This document shows positions 35,566 to 47,640 of a stretch of DNA of 64,000 bases, piece after piece. Each line of letters opens with the position of its first letter. Position 1 is the stretch's first letter. The DNA is taken from positions 4,216,001 through 4,280,000 of the forward strand of contig NC_043007.1 in assembly GCF_006345805.1 (NCBI RefSeq), read 5' to 3'. The stretch comes from Octopus sinensis. Its lineage: Eukaryota. The notes under the pieces are model-generated. The model did no database searches, had not been told where the DNA came from, and saw only the letters and a list, made by a program, of their open reading frames with translations. Position numbers and translations under genes: made by a program.

Positions 35566-37689
35566 GTTGTTGTTGTTGTCGTTTGTCTTGAACAGACATT
35601 AGCAGTAGAGCTCCTGAATGAATTGATATAATCCCATGTTTCACTACTTGTAGAATCCATTTCTTTGTGATACCCAAACTTTAGAACTTTTGAACAGCTC
35701 CCTACCATTTATGTTTAGGTGGAATAACTAAAGTACTACTTTTGAACAGTCTTTCTCTTTTATTTACTTATACAAGAATATGTTGTTTTTTTTTATATAT
35801 GGGGAAGTGTTGAAGATTAATGTTGAGAAATATGAAAGCAAAATTTGTTGAAAATTGTGAAAAATAGAATGACTATAAAAAAAAAAGAGAGACAATGAAA
35901 ACGATGACATTTAAAGAAATAGATGCAATTACAAACATAAATATTTGTATTAACACTTTGGAAAATACAAAACAAAAAAATGGAAACAGAGAACCAAAAA
36001 TAAACAAACGAGTGAATACGGTTCTTATGTAAATATAGATGCTGATGATAGTGAAAATATAGCTTTGCTAAAGTTTTGAAAAGCAACTGTGAACATGAAA
36101 TGTTGGAGAAGTTACGTTAGGAAAAAAAAATTGCTTCCTTCCTTGCCAGCTTGATCAAAGAAATGTAACATGTTCTTCAAAAATGGAAAGCATTTTGGCA
36201 TGTCCTCAAATTAAAAGAGGCTCTTGTCTATATGTAGGGTGATGTGGCCTCTGTTGATCTTGGTAGGGCCTACAACCATGGGTGCTTTGTCTTTGAAACT
36301 GAAGATGAAGCTGGTAATGCAAATGGTGGTGCAAGACAGAAAGCTTAGCTCTTACATATGTGTTCATAGGAACCACTTGAGAGCAATGTTCGACCCTGAG
36401 TAGTTGAAAAGATAGAAAAGAGAGAAAGAGAGAGCAGCAAGAATAGCAGGATCCAGAAGCCACTGTTTCTAAAACGCCATCTGTAGCTGTGCTGAGGAGG
36501 GTTATGAGATTCATCCTATCCTTGATGCCAGGAGCTAACAATCAGAAAGCTGATAGCCAAAGAAAATATTTCTTTCCTAGCAGTAACACCCTATCATCTT
36601 GTAACTGGATCAGCCAAAAGAAAAGAAAAGGAAGGCAGAATGACAGGGATGATCCCAAAGAAAAAGCAGGAATTAAACATGAAGAGGATCTACCTTTAAG
36701 GGATGATATGCAAATAATCAATGTGGTTCTGAGATAAAAATGGAAATTCTGAAGCATAATTAAGAGAACAATATTCTGTGAGAAGGGGAGGAGATAGGGC
36801 AGAGATTAAACAAAAACTCAGAAGCTAGGATGTTGTTGAGGACCCTATTAAGGGCTTACCACAACATAAAGCAAGCATTCCCAAAAGATGTTGGATAATT
36901 TATCACAACATAGAACAGGCATCCCCAGATAACAATGTTATGGTTAGAAGTCTTGTCAGTTTAATATTGAGATACTGTATTATTACAAAGCTGTATCAGA
37001 CTAGGGCACAAAATGCAAAGTTGTCCACATCTGCAGTCTGAAATGGACATTTTACAAAACCTAAACAAAAAGCCCAATTCAGTTCTTTTTTTTTATGTGT
37101 ATTTGTTAGAGATATGCAAATTTTAATGATCATACTAGCAAAGAATCTGAATATATTTATAAATTTATCAAACAATGTGATAAGAACAAAGGCATTCCAA
37201 CCATGACCATCCCATTTTTTGTGTGGAACCAGAGATATTTTGTCTCATCAGTAAAAGTGATCCAACCGTGCCCATCCGTCTTCATTTCTTTTAAAATTCA
37301 AATTACAACACAAGCAATAGATGCTATGTTGAAAAGCATAGGAAAATACAGAACTACAATTAAATAAAGTGGAGCTCAGTACAAGAAATGCCTATTCTTG
37401 ATTGAAAAAAAGACTATATTAGACCCACTGGCAGTGAATCAAAAGTTACTTTGAATAATGTCAGACAGATGGACTGCCCATGGTATAAAAGATTATATAC
37501 ACTTCCATTTATGAGGTGTTTTCCCATAAATTGCACCAATCATTTTCACTTCTGAATCATATTTTCCTCTTAATTTTGTTTCAAATCTTCTCTGTATGAT
37601 GGCAATCAACAGAGTTATTAAAATGTTGGATAGGATGCCTTGCAGTATAAGTTCAGCTTTCCTGCAACCGACATCATCTTTATCTCTCA

Positions 37690-37975
37690 TCATTTCAGCG
37701 GTAAATGCTACCATTGCATTTTCCAAGTTTACTCCTAAGCTTAATCATCCAGTCACACAATGACCAACTCAATCACTTTCTCTTGCTTTTACTATCTTTT
37801 ACTCCCCACGCCACCACACACCATCACTGTTGCCTACTCAGAAAAATTTATCCCCTTGTTCCTCACCTGTGGCATATCTGGCTGAGGCTCCCCTCCATCT
37901 TACATCTTACACACAGCACACATCTATGTACCCCAACTCCAGCAGCTCAGCAATCTCCCTGAACTTTCCTTTCAT
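37690..37975 (-). mobile_element. Decayed RTE apurinic-type endonuclease (ORF N-terminus)
   Basis: Minus strand reads FREIAELLELGYIDVCCV*DVRWRGASAR...KFF*VGNSDG (APE motif D.CC.QE.RW.G). Confidence 0.75.
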
Positions 37976-38516
37976 TGTGCCAACATTAACTCTGATGTCT
38001 TTAGTGTGGGGGATTGATAGGAAGAGTGAGTGTTTAGTTGGGGGACAGTTTTCAGCATGTGCAAAGAAGGTATGTGTGATCCTTCTTCACACAGGCAGAG
38101 GACTCTTGTACACATCCAGTTGTACAAGTATTGCCACTCAATGAATTACTATGAATTATTATTTCTCTCAGATCTTCAATACACTGGGGCCAAATACCAG
38201 GAAAAGCAACAACTTCATCACAAGCAAGTATATATGAGATAAAGAGCAATAAGTGCACAGCGTTGATAAGGTCACAGACTGCAAAGAAAGGACTCTGATG
38301 CACTGGCTGATTAGTTGATCCAGAAATTGATCAAACAAATGATTAGTTAATTATTTAACTGATAACAATGAATGAAATGAAATACGATGAATGCATGTGC
38401 TTTTGTAGGCAAAATGACCTGAGAACAACGACTGTTTCAACACATGATTTCTGATTAAGAATTTTGCAAAACAAAATTAAAAGATACTGTACATTGATAT
38501 CTATGCACATATATAT

Positions 38517-38730
38517 ACTCTCTCTTTCTCTCTCCACTCTTTCTCTCTCTCCACTCTTTCTCTCTCTCTCCACTCTTTCTCTCTCTCCACTCTTTCTCTC
38601 TCTCCACTCTTTCTCTCTCTCTCCACTCTTCTCTCTCTCCACTCTTTCTCTCTCTCCACTCTTTCTCTCTCTCTCCACTCTTTCTCTCTCTCCACTCTTT
38701 CTCTCTCTCTCCACTCTTACTCTCTCTCTC
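38517..38730. repeat. Polypyrimidine minisatellite, unit (ct)nccactcttt, about 18-20 bp x about 11
   Basis: Direct reading. Confidence 0.92.
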
Positions 38731-39130
38731 TCACACATACACAAATTGCAGTTGTGTTACAGTCAAAGGTGGAAGAGTGATTATTAAGAATGTGTCTGTG
38801 TATGTTTTGTAGTAGTAGTAGTAGTAGTAGCAGTGAATAAGTGTGTTCATAAATATACGGTTCTTACAAACTTGTCACAACAGCAGACTTCCCGTGTGCA
38901 TGCTCAAAAGATGAGTGAGGACTTCCAGGTAGCCACAACAGTTGTCTTAGTCACTACCATTGGGTGGGGGGAGGGGGTGGACCAGCTATGCTATCTGATG
39001 AGCATTCAGGATTTTTGGCCTACATTTCAAACTGTTGCTTATCAGTCTTGTAATCTTCGCTGAATATATTTATGCAATTACAATAACTTCATCTCCATAC
39101 TCTCAGTCTATATAAATTCTCTTTTGTTTT

Positions 39131-39166
<36 letters not shown>

Positions 39167-39169
39167 TTC

Positions 39170-39580
39170 ATCACCATCATCGTCCTTGTTTAATATCCAC
39201 CTTCCATGCTAGCATGGGTGGGACAGTTTCACAAAAGCTGGCCAGGCAGAAGACTGCACCAGACTTCTGTGACAGTTTTGGCAGGATTTTTACAGCTGGA
39301 TGCCATTCCTAACACCAACCACTCAACAGAGTGGACTTACTGCTTTTTACAAGAACAGGTGAGGTCAGTTTTGGCAGGATTTTTACAGCTGGATGCCCTT
39401 CCTAACACCAACCACTCAACAGAGTGGACTTACTGCTTTTTACAAGAACAGGTGAGGTCAGTTTTTGTAAGGTTTTTACAGCTAGATGCCCTTCCGAACA
39501 CCAACCACTTTACAGTGTAGACTGGGTGCTTTTAAGTGGCACCTGCACTGACAGGGTCACCAAGTATTTGCAAGACGTAT
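39170..39580 (-). mobile_element. RTE-type 3' module with internal 93-bp tandem duplication
   Basis: Units start at 39273, 39366 and 39459 (third partial and diverged). Confidence 0.85.
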
Positions 39581-39944
39581 AAGTAAATGGATTTTTAACA
39601 GTTTCCATGATGTGTAGGAATCAACTGAAGTGCTTACACTTTGAATTATTATGCCATTTGTTATTACACCAACACCTGTTTCCTTAATGAACTCTCAGTC
39701 AATCACCATGGTGCATTTTGCAACAGGGTTTCTTCTTTGAATTATCACTATTGTCCATCCCGTGAGCTTAAACAGTGTGTGTCCACCCAGTTTCACTCAT
39801 AGAGATTAGGCTGCCCCAAGCCATGCAATGGGATTGAATCAGAGACTTTTGAGACTGTGAAACTAACTTGTTTACCATTAGGTCCAAGTCTACATCCATG
39901 TACACACGCACCTACCCTCCCCCACATATATATTTGCAGAAGCT

Positions 39945-40700
39945 AGTATGAGAAAAGTTGGACACAAGAAGCATCAGATGCAGTGTGCAAGAGAGATGGC
40001 TGCGCTGGTATGATCATGTGCTCCGTATGGATGAAGACAGCTATGTGAAGAAGTGTCACCCCCTAACAGAGAAAGGAACCTGTGGAAGAGGTAGACCCAG
40101 GAAGATATGGGATGAGGTGGAGAAGCATGACCTTTGAACATTGAGCCTCACAAAGGCAATGACAGGAGACCAAGACCTTTGGAGATATGCTGTGACTTGA
40201 GAAGACTTGGCAAGTAAAGTGAGATCGTAGCTATGGCTGATGCCAGTGTCACGTAACCAGCCCCATTTAAAAGTGCCCTTGAATTGTCAGGTGATATGGT
40301 GTGCTTGAGAAGACCTGTTGAGTCAAGTGAACTCGTAGTCATGGCCGATGCCAGTGCTGCCTCACTGGCACCCGTGCTGGTGACATGTAATAAGCACTAT
40401 TCAAGTGTGGGTTGGTGCCAATGCCACCCAACTGGCTCCCCATGCTGGTGGCATGTAAAAAGCACCATCCAAATGTAGTCGATGCCAGTGCCACCGGACT
40501 GGCTCCCATGCCGGTGGCACATAAAAAACACCCACTACACTCACGGAGTGGTTGGCATTAGGAAGGGCATCCAACTGTAGAAACCTTGCCAAATCGGATT
40601 GGAGCCTCGTGCAGCCTCCTGGCTTGCCAGTCCTCAGTCAAACCGTCCAACCCATGCCAGTATGAAAAGCAGATGTGAAATGATGATGATGATGATGATG
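39945..40700 (+). mobile_element. RTE LINE 3' end: ORF C-terminus, tandem hairpin units, (GAT)n tail
   Basis: WYDHVLRMDEDSYVKKC...GRGRPRK.W is followed by about 55-bp repeats and ggttggcattaggaagggcatcc...(gat)n. Confidence 0.88.
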
Positions 40701-41989
40701 GTGATATGTAAGTATGACTCTATCCTGATGCATTTCTATATATTCATACATATACACATCTGTGTGCATGTGTGTGTGTGTGTGTGTGTAACTCTTGTAC
40801 ATCGTTGAATGAAGGACTAAACAGAAGATTTTATTCTCCCTCCCTCTTCCCTCTTTCTCTCTCTTTTTCTGCACCGCTCTCTTTTAAGTTCTTTCCTGAA
40901 GAATCAATATTGCAGGCTGACTTGAACATATATTGATGGGTGGCTTAGCGAAACAGCGACTGCAGCAGCAGCAACAGCAGCAACACCATCATTACTACTA
41001 TTGCCAACATTAGTATTAGCAGCAGCCAACCGACCAACCAACCAGCCAGCCAGCCAGCCAACCAACCAACCGACCAACCAGCCAACCACATGCTCTGTAG
41101 TGTGGTCAATTAGATATTATTAGTGTGAGTGAATCCAACAGAGGGGGTGGGTGTTGGCTGGGGGTGGGGGTTGGTGCTGTTTAGAGCGAAGTTGCTGGGA
41201 AGTGTGGTGGTGGTGGTGGGGGGGTGTAGTAGTTATCAATCATACTAGCAGGAACTAATAATATCGATTTGTAGAATTTTATACCAATACTTTAAATACA
41301 ATGTGTGTAAAATGAACTGGCATCCATATATTGTTGTTGCTATTATTATTATTGTTGCTGCTGCTGCTGCTATCCTTGTTGTTGTTGTTGTTGCTGTTGC
41401 TGCTGTTGTTGTTGTTTGGAGTGGTGGATGACAGTATTACTAGAGCACCGTACAAAATGCCTTGTGGCATTTCGTTATGTCTATTTATTTTCGTATCCTG
41501 CCAGTTGGCTCTCCCTTTGCTCTCCCTTTCCAGGATTCAGAAAATAAATACCAATCAGGTACCGGGGTGATTTCAATCAATCGTGCCTTCCTCCAGCGTT
41601 GTATGACCTTGTGTCCGTATTATAAATTATCATTATTATCATTGGACTGGCAGAAACAACATTAAAGCAGCAGAGAAAAATACTTTGCAGCATTTGTTCC
41701 GGCTCTTTACACTCTGAGTTCAAATCCTGCAGAAGTAAACTTTGTCTTTCAGCTTTTCAGGGTCAATGTTTGGCCAGTGTCCTTCTCTTAAAATTAGTGA
41801 CCTTCTACTTGAATTAGAAATAATTGTTGAGGATATGGGATTAGAAGACTCATTAGAATATCAGAAAAATAAGCTTTGTAGAATTTTTCCCATTCTAAAT
41901 TCAAATTCCGTCGAAGTCAACTTTGCCTTCCATTCCACTGCAGTCAATGAAATAAACTACTGGTTAAGTACTGGGTTCAATATTTCATA

Positions 41990-42013
41990 TATATATATAT
42001 AGACACATATGTA

Positions 42014-42056
<43 letters not shown>

Positions 42057-42077
42057 GCATTTATATGCATATATATG

Positions 42078-42133
<56 letters not shown>

Positions 42134-42210
42134 CGAATATATATATATATATATATAGACGCATATATATATACATAGATATATATATGATGATGATGAT
42201 ATATATATAT
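41990..42210. repeat. Compound (TA)n/(GA)n microsatellite
   Basis: Direct reading. Confidence 0.9.
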
Positions 42211-42610
42211 AGGCACAAGAGTGGCTGTGTGGTAAGAAGCTTGCTTCCCAACCACATAGTTCCGGGTTCAGTCCCACTGTGTGGCACCTTGGGCAAGTGT
42301 CTTCTACTATAACCTCAGGCTGATTAAAGCCTTGTGAGTGGATTTGGTAGCTGGAAACTGAAAGAAGCCTGTCATTATATATGTGTGTGTGTGTTTTTCT
42401 GTCTGTGTTTGTCCCCCCAGCAATGCTTGACAACTGATGCTGGTGTGTCTACATCCATGTAACTTAGCAGTTCAGCAAAAGAGACTGATAAGTACCACTT
42501 CTTAAAAAAAAAAGAAGTACTGGGGTTGATTTATTCAACTGAAAATTCTAGGCAGTGCCCCAGCATGGCCACAGTCTAGTGACTGAAACGAGTGAAAGAT
42601 AAAAGATAAA
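42211..42610 (+). mobile_element. OK-like tRNA-derived SINE, near full length
   Basis: gagtggctgtgtggtaagaagcttgcttcccaaccac...gggttcagtccc head; same family as 14041-14410. Confidence 0.85.
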
Positions 42611-42892
42611 CGATGTGGTCGCTGCTGGCACCATGTAAATGGCATCCACCCGTGAATTGCAGTTATGGTTGTTGCAGGTGTCATGTAAATGGCACTCGTG
42701 CCAGTGGCACGTAAAAGCACCCATTACACTCCTGGAGTGGTTGGCATTAGGAAAGGGCATCCAGCTGAAGAAACCATGCCAAATCAGACTGGAACCTGGT
42801 GCAGCTCTCTGGCTCATCAGCTCCACTCAAATGGCCTAACCCATGCCAGCATGGAGAGCAGACGTTAAAGGATGATGGTGGTGATGATGATG
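42611..42892 (+). mobile_element. RTE 3'UTR module with (GAT)n tail
   Basis: gtggcacgtaaaagcacc...ggttggcattaggaaagggcatccagc...aacccatgccagcatgg...gatgatg. Confidence 0.8.
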
Positions 42893-43029
42893 GTATGCTG
42901 AGCCTAACAAAGCACTGAGATTTCTGGCAAATTTCTGTGATTGAGAAGACATGTCAAGCTTAGTAAAATCGTTACTCTACACACAGGCATGTCTTTTATG
43001 ATCATTCATCACTCACATAGACTGACATA

Positions 43030-43745
43030 ATCTGTACTTTGTCTACCCCCTCCCCACAACCCATCTTCTCAACACCTCTACCTTCCCACTGCCCTCTGCA
43101 GTCCCCTCCGCTCACCCTCACTCCCCCCCCGCCGACCTGTACACTCTCTGTGCCCTCAAATATCTATCATACTCCTGTCAGCCACTCCAGTTTCTCTCAC
43201 CATCACTCTTCCCCATCTCTAAACATCCACCCCTCACACTCTTGATGAAACGTACCTCCCCATCCTCTCAGTGCCACCTATGTTCCCTGCACTCTACCCT
43301 GTGGGTGTACATCCCAAGGCATCTCCAACACCAATAATTTCTCTCATTCTGTTGTCTCTCTCTCTATCTTTCTAACTCTCCCTCTCTCTCCTTCCTCTCC
43401 TATTGGGGTTGCTAAGTATCTCCTCAACAGTAAGACACCTATCTCTACCCTCTATTATACTTCAACCTCTTAACTGGCACACGGCCACCTCCCTCAGCAC
43501 CACTCCCTTTCCTTGCTGGTGTTGATCCCATGTAAAAAGAACCAATGCTGGTGTCACATAAAAAAGGCACCCAGTCCACTCTGTAAAGTGGTTGGCATCA
43601 ACAAAGGCATCCAGCCATAGAAACCATGTGAAAACAGACAAGGGAGCTTGGTGCAGCTCCCTGGCTTTGCCAGTTCCTGTCAAACTGTCCAATGCATGCC
43701 AAGACAAATTTTAAATGATGATGATGATAATGATGGTGATGATTC
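43030..43745 (+). mobile_element. Element with C-rich 5' body plus shared RTE-type 3' module
   Basis: The 3' module matches the others. The 43380-43510 body resembles the reverse complement of 49750-49900. Confidence 0.6.
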
Positions 43746-43749
43746 TATT

Positions 43750-44330
43750 TTCATTGAATGATTTCTTTGCATTATCACATACAGCTTTGTGTGCCTTCAG
43801 TATGTGCAGCGTTTTGTTATTTCTATTGCACTGAACATGTGCAGTTCCTGGTTTTCTGCATATTGTGCATATTTGTAAGTCAGAATTTTTGTTATGTATT
43901 TGTCTTCATGTCTTTTGATCATTTCTAAGGAATCTATTATTATAGGGATTGTTTCTCTTTCACTCCCACATTCATTTTATCATTATTTCCAAATCTTTAC
44001 ATTTGGATAATTTCTCCATTTCTTTGATTGATACATTGTCATCTGTTGGGACTGATATTTCTAGTAGAAGGCATTTCTTTCCCTGCTTCTCTGTCCGTAT
44101 ATATTGCCATATCCCAGAGTTGCTTTGCCATTGTCAGCAATCTTTTCTCCTGTTTCTTTATACCACTTCTTTCCTGTTGGTATTTCATAATGCTAGCAAA
44201 ACCTCTGGTGTATACTAGTCTCAATCCTGTCACGCCTATAGATGCATTTTTTTCTTGGCCAAGCCTGGGTAACCAGAGACCACGTAGTCATTTGTTTCTT
44301 CCTTATCTCTACATATTCTGAACTTACTGT
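43750..44330 (-). mobile_element. R4/Dong-like retrotransposon 3' end (restriction-like endonuclease domain), decayed
   Basis: Minus strand reads ISVPTDDNVSIKEMEKLSKCKDLEIMIK*MW (RLE motif ID.S.P.D.N...KE.EK..KY.DL). Confidence 0.78.
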
Positions 44331-45800
44331 ATTCTACACGATTCAGTTATGCTATGGATCCTAATACCACCAAGATCAGCTTTGCCTTTCATCCTTCCAT
44401 AGTCAATAAAACAAAGTATCAGTCAAATATTATGTTGATTTAATCAATTCACTCCTTTTCCTAATTTTGTGTGGCTTCGTGTCTATATTAGAAACAATAT
44501 TATTAGAGTAACGGATGGCAGAATTGGTAGACTGCTTGACTAAATGTCTTGTATTGTTTAGCTTACTTGTTTTTACATTCTGAGTTCAGATTCTGCTGTT
44601 CTCATAAAGGAATATGTAACATGTAACTTAAGCAATACAGTACCAGGGTTGACTAGAACCACTTCAGCTTTTCACAAATTGATGGCATTGTACCAATGCT
44701 AGAAATTATTATATTATTAGTTAGTCACCATCTATTAGCAGTCATTAATATATAATTCCAAGATATTACAATGGTTACAGTTTGGTTAATTTTCATCTGA
44801 AATGAATAAATATGGTGTCTTTCAAAGTGTCAAGTCTTGGAACTCTGCAATTAACTGATCTCAAAACTAAACATATTCAATATATTTGACACAAAAAATA
44901 CATTTTCAGTTGATTGTTTTGTAGTAAATACTTAAGATATATTTATTCATGGCTGCTATAAAGACTTGAATGGAAAAAAAAAAAAAGAGCGGAGATGATG
45001 ATAAATTACACGGACTTCTGAAAGCCAACTTATAATTTATATTAAAACTGATTATCAAAGAAGGAAGGTTAATAAAGATCAATGCAGGGAGAGGACAGTG
45101 ACTTGTGTAAGTGGTGGATTGGTGGAAGTGGTAGAGCATAAGACACAATGACTGTGATATTTAGTTACAATTCATTCCACTGCTTTCGAATCCTGCCAGG
45201 GTCAACTTTGCCTTCCAATTCTCCAAGAGTCTGATAATATAAAGTAGTCAAGTGCTGGAGTTGATTGATATTTTTAGAAAGTATTTGTGATGTGAAAATA
45301 ATTAGGAAGGAAGAATTTCAACCGTGTTTCATGGTCTGCTACCACAACAGCTCCTTTATAGGATCCAGTTAGCTCAAGACATCATCAGGAGGAAACATGT
45401 CTGGTTTCGGCCCCTAATCCTCTACTCAAACTTGGTGATACAAATCTCAATCTGACTCCGGTATTGATGAGCTGTTTTGTGGCAGTTGTTTATTGCTTTT
45501 CTTTTCATTAGTCTACAAATGTTCATTGAGTATTAAAACTTATATTTTGCCTCAGATAGACTGTTATTGGCAGCATATAGAGTTGGTATCAGAAAGGGCA
45601 TTTGATCATAGAACCCTACCTCAAAAAAACCGTCCAACCCATGGAAAAGTGAATGTAAAAAGATAACAATGATCTTAGTTCAGACACATTAACGACAATA
45701 AGATAATTTGGTGAGATTGTGGTTGTTGTTCCTGCTTTTAGAAGTTCCTGTCAACTCTACTCAATCAGATCAAACAAACCTATTTAGATAGCCTACATGA

Positions 45801-45957
45801 TCTGCGTCCTTGGGTACATATGTGTCCTTGAGAACGTTCAGTTTCTTTGGGTACATCTGCGTCCTTGGGTACATCCAGTTTCCTTGGGTACATATGTGTC
45901 CTTGAGAACGTTCAGTTTCTTTGGGTACATCTGCGTCCTTGGGTACATCCAGTTTCC
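45801..45957. repeat. 18-19-bp minisatellite with 74-bp higher-order repeat
   Basis: Monomers ...ccttgggtaca / ccttgagaacg; a four-monomer block is repeated twice. Confidence 0.9.
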
Positions 45958-46102
45958 ATGTTTCAGTTCAATTTTATGCAATACAAAAAATATGTATTCC
46001 GAGTCTGGTCCAAGAGTATTTAGTAATTACAATCTGGTGAAATAAATCCTGTTGTTTAACCATGGGGCAGAGTAAATGTATATGGCCATAGCACTTTATA
46101 TA

Positions 46103-46290
46103 TCATCATCATCATCATTTAATGTCCGTTTTCCATGCTGGGATAGGTTGGCTAGTTTGACAGGAGCTCACAAGGGCAGGAACCATACCAAGTTCCATTG
46201 TCATTTTAGATTGGTTTCTACATCTGGATGCCCTTCCTAATGCCAACCACTTTGCAGAGTGAACTGGGTGCTTTATACGTGGCACTAGCA
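46103..46290 (-). mobile_element. RTE-type 3' module
   Basis: (cat)n tail plus gtttctacatctggatgcccttcctaatgccaaccac. Confidence 0.8.
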
Positions 46291-46420
46291 CTGGTTCCAG
46301 GTTCAGTTCCACTGTGGGGTACCTTGAGCAAATGTCTTCTGCTATAGCCTCGGGCCAACCAAAGCCTTGTGAGTGGATTTGGTAGATGGAAACTGAAAGA
46401 AGCCCATTGTATATATATAC
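46291..46420 (+). mobile_element. OK-like SINE fragment
   Basis: ggttcagttccactgtggggtaccttgagcaaatgtcttctgctatagcctcgggccaaccaaagccttgtgagtggatttggtagatggaaactgaaagaagccc. Confidence 0.8.
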
Positions 46421-46427
46421 ATATAAA

Positions 46428-46714
46428 GCACCATCCGATCGTGGCCATTTGCCAGCCTCGCCTGGCCTCCGTGCCGGTGGCACGTAAAAAGCACCATCCG
46501 ACCGTGGCCGTTTGCCAGCCTCGTCTGGCACGTAAAAAGCACCCACTACACTCACGGAGTGGTTGGCGTTAGGAAGGGCATCCAGCCGTAGAAACATTGC
46601 CAGATCAGACTGGGCCTGGTGCAGCCTTCTGGCTTCCCAGACCCCAGTTGCACCGTCCAACCCATGCCAGCATGGGAAACGGACACTAAACGATGATGAT
46701 GATGATGATGATGA
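46428..46714 (+). mobile_element. RTE-type 3' module with tandem units and (GAT)n tail
   Basis: CpG-rich, near-consensus copy. Confidence 0.85.
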
Positions 46715-47158
46715 TATATATAATTATAAATTTACATAGAAAGCATTTTTTATCTATATTGTATTATATTTACATATCTATACATTTATTTGTCCTTGCA
46801 TATTTTTAACATTCATATATATTTTATATTTCTATATCTTCATATTCTGAATGTATTAATATATGTTTTAGACAAATCTTTCATATTAAATCTGTATATG
46901 TATACACCAATCGTAGTCTGCCTGAGTTGAACTTCTCTGTATATCTTGTATATATATATATATATATATATAATATATTTCTCCATTTTCTGTTTACTTT
47001 AAATTTGATTCCTGATTAACTCATGTTTACCTTTGTCATTACCTGTAATCTACGAGCATAATATGCTTGCATATGTATGTCTAGAGATAAAATAATTATA
47101 CCAGTAGTATAACAAATATTTTTATCCTTCAGACAGTTATTCCAACCTCTAACTCTAC

Positions 47159-47325
<167 letters not shown>

Positions 47326-47337
47326 ATATGTATGTGT

Positions 47338-47640
47338 GAAGGCACATGGCTCAGTGGTTAGAGTGTCGAACTTACGATCGTCAGGTAGTGAGTTCAATTC
47401 CCAGACCAGGCTGTGTGTTGTGTTCTTGAGCAAGACATTTTATTTCATGTTGTTCCCGTTAAACTCAGCTGTAGAAATGAGTTGCAACATCACTGGTGCC
47501 AAGCTGTATCAGCCCCTTTGCCTTTCCCTTGGATAACATCAGTGGTGTGGAGAGGGGAGGCTGGTATGCCTGGACTTGTACCTTGAGGGAAACTTTCTAG
47601 GCGCAATCCCATGGTCATTCATGACTGAAGGGGGTCTCGC
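47338..47640 (+). mobile_element. tRNA-derived SINE
   Basis: gaaggcacatggctcagtggttagagtgtcgaac...gagttcaattcccagaccagg (A and B boxes). Confidence 0.8.

Noticed and set aside
36206-36757. Ty3/Gypsy RNase H remnant (FILSLMPGANNQKADSQ)
   Set aside because: Only a vague single-motif resemblance, with no LTR or other pol motifs.
45801-45957. CRISPR-like array (also the about 55-bp units at 40343-40535)
   Set aside because: No unique spacers, no cas genes, eukaryotic context; these are tandem repeats.
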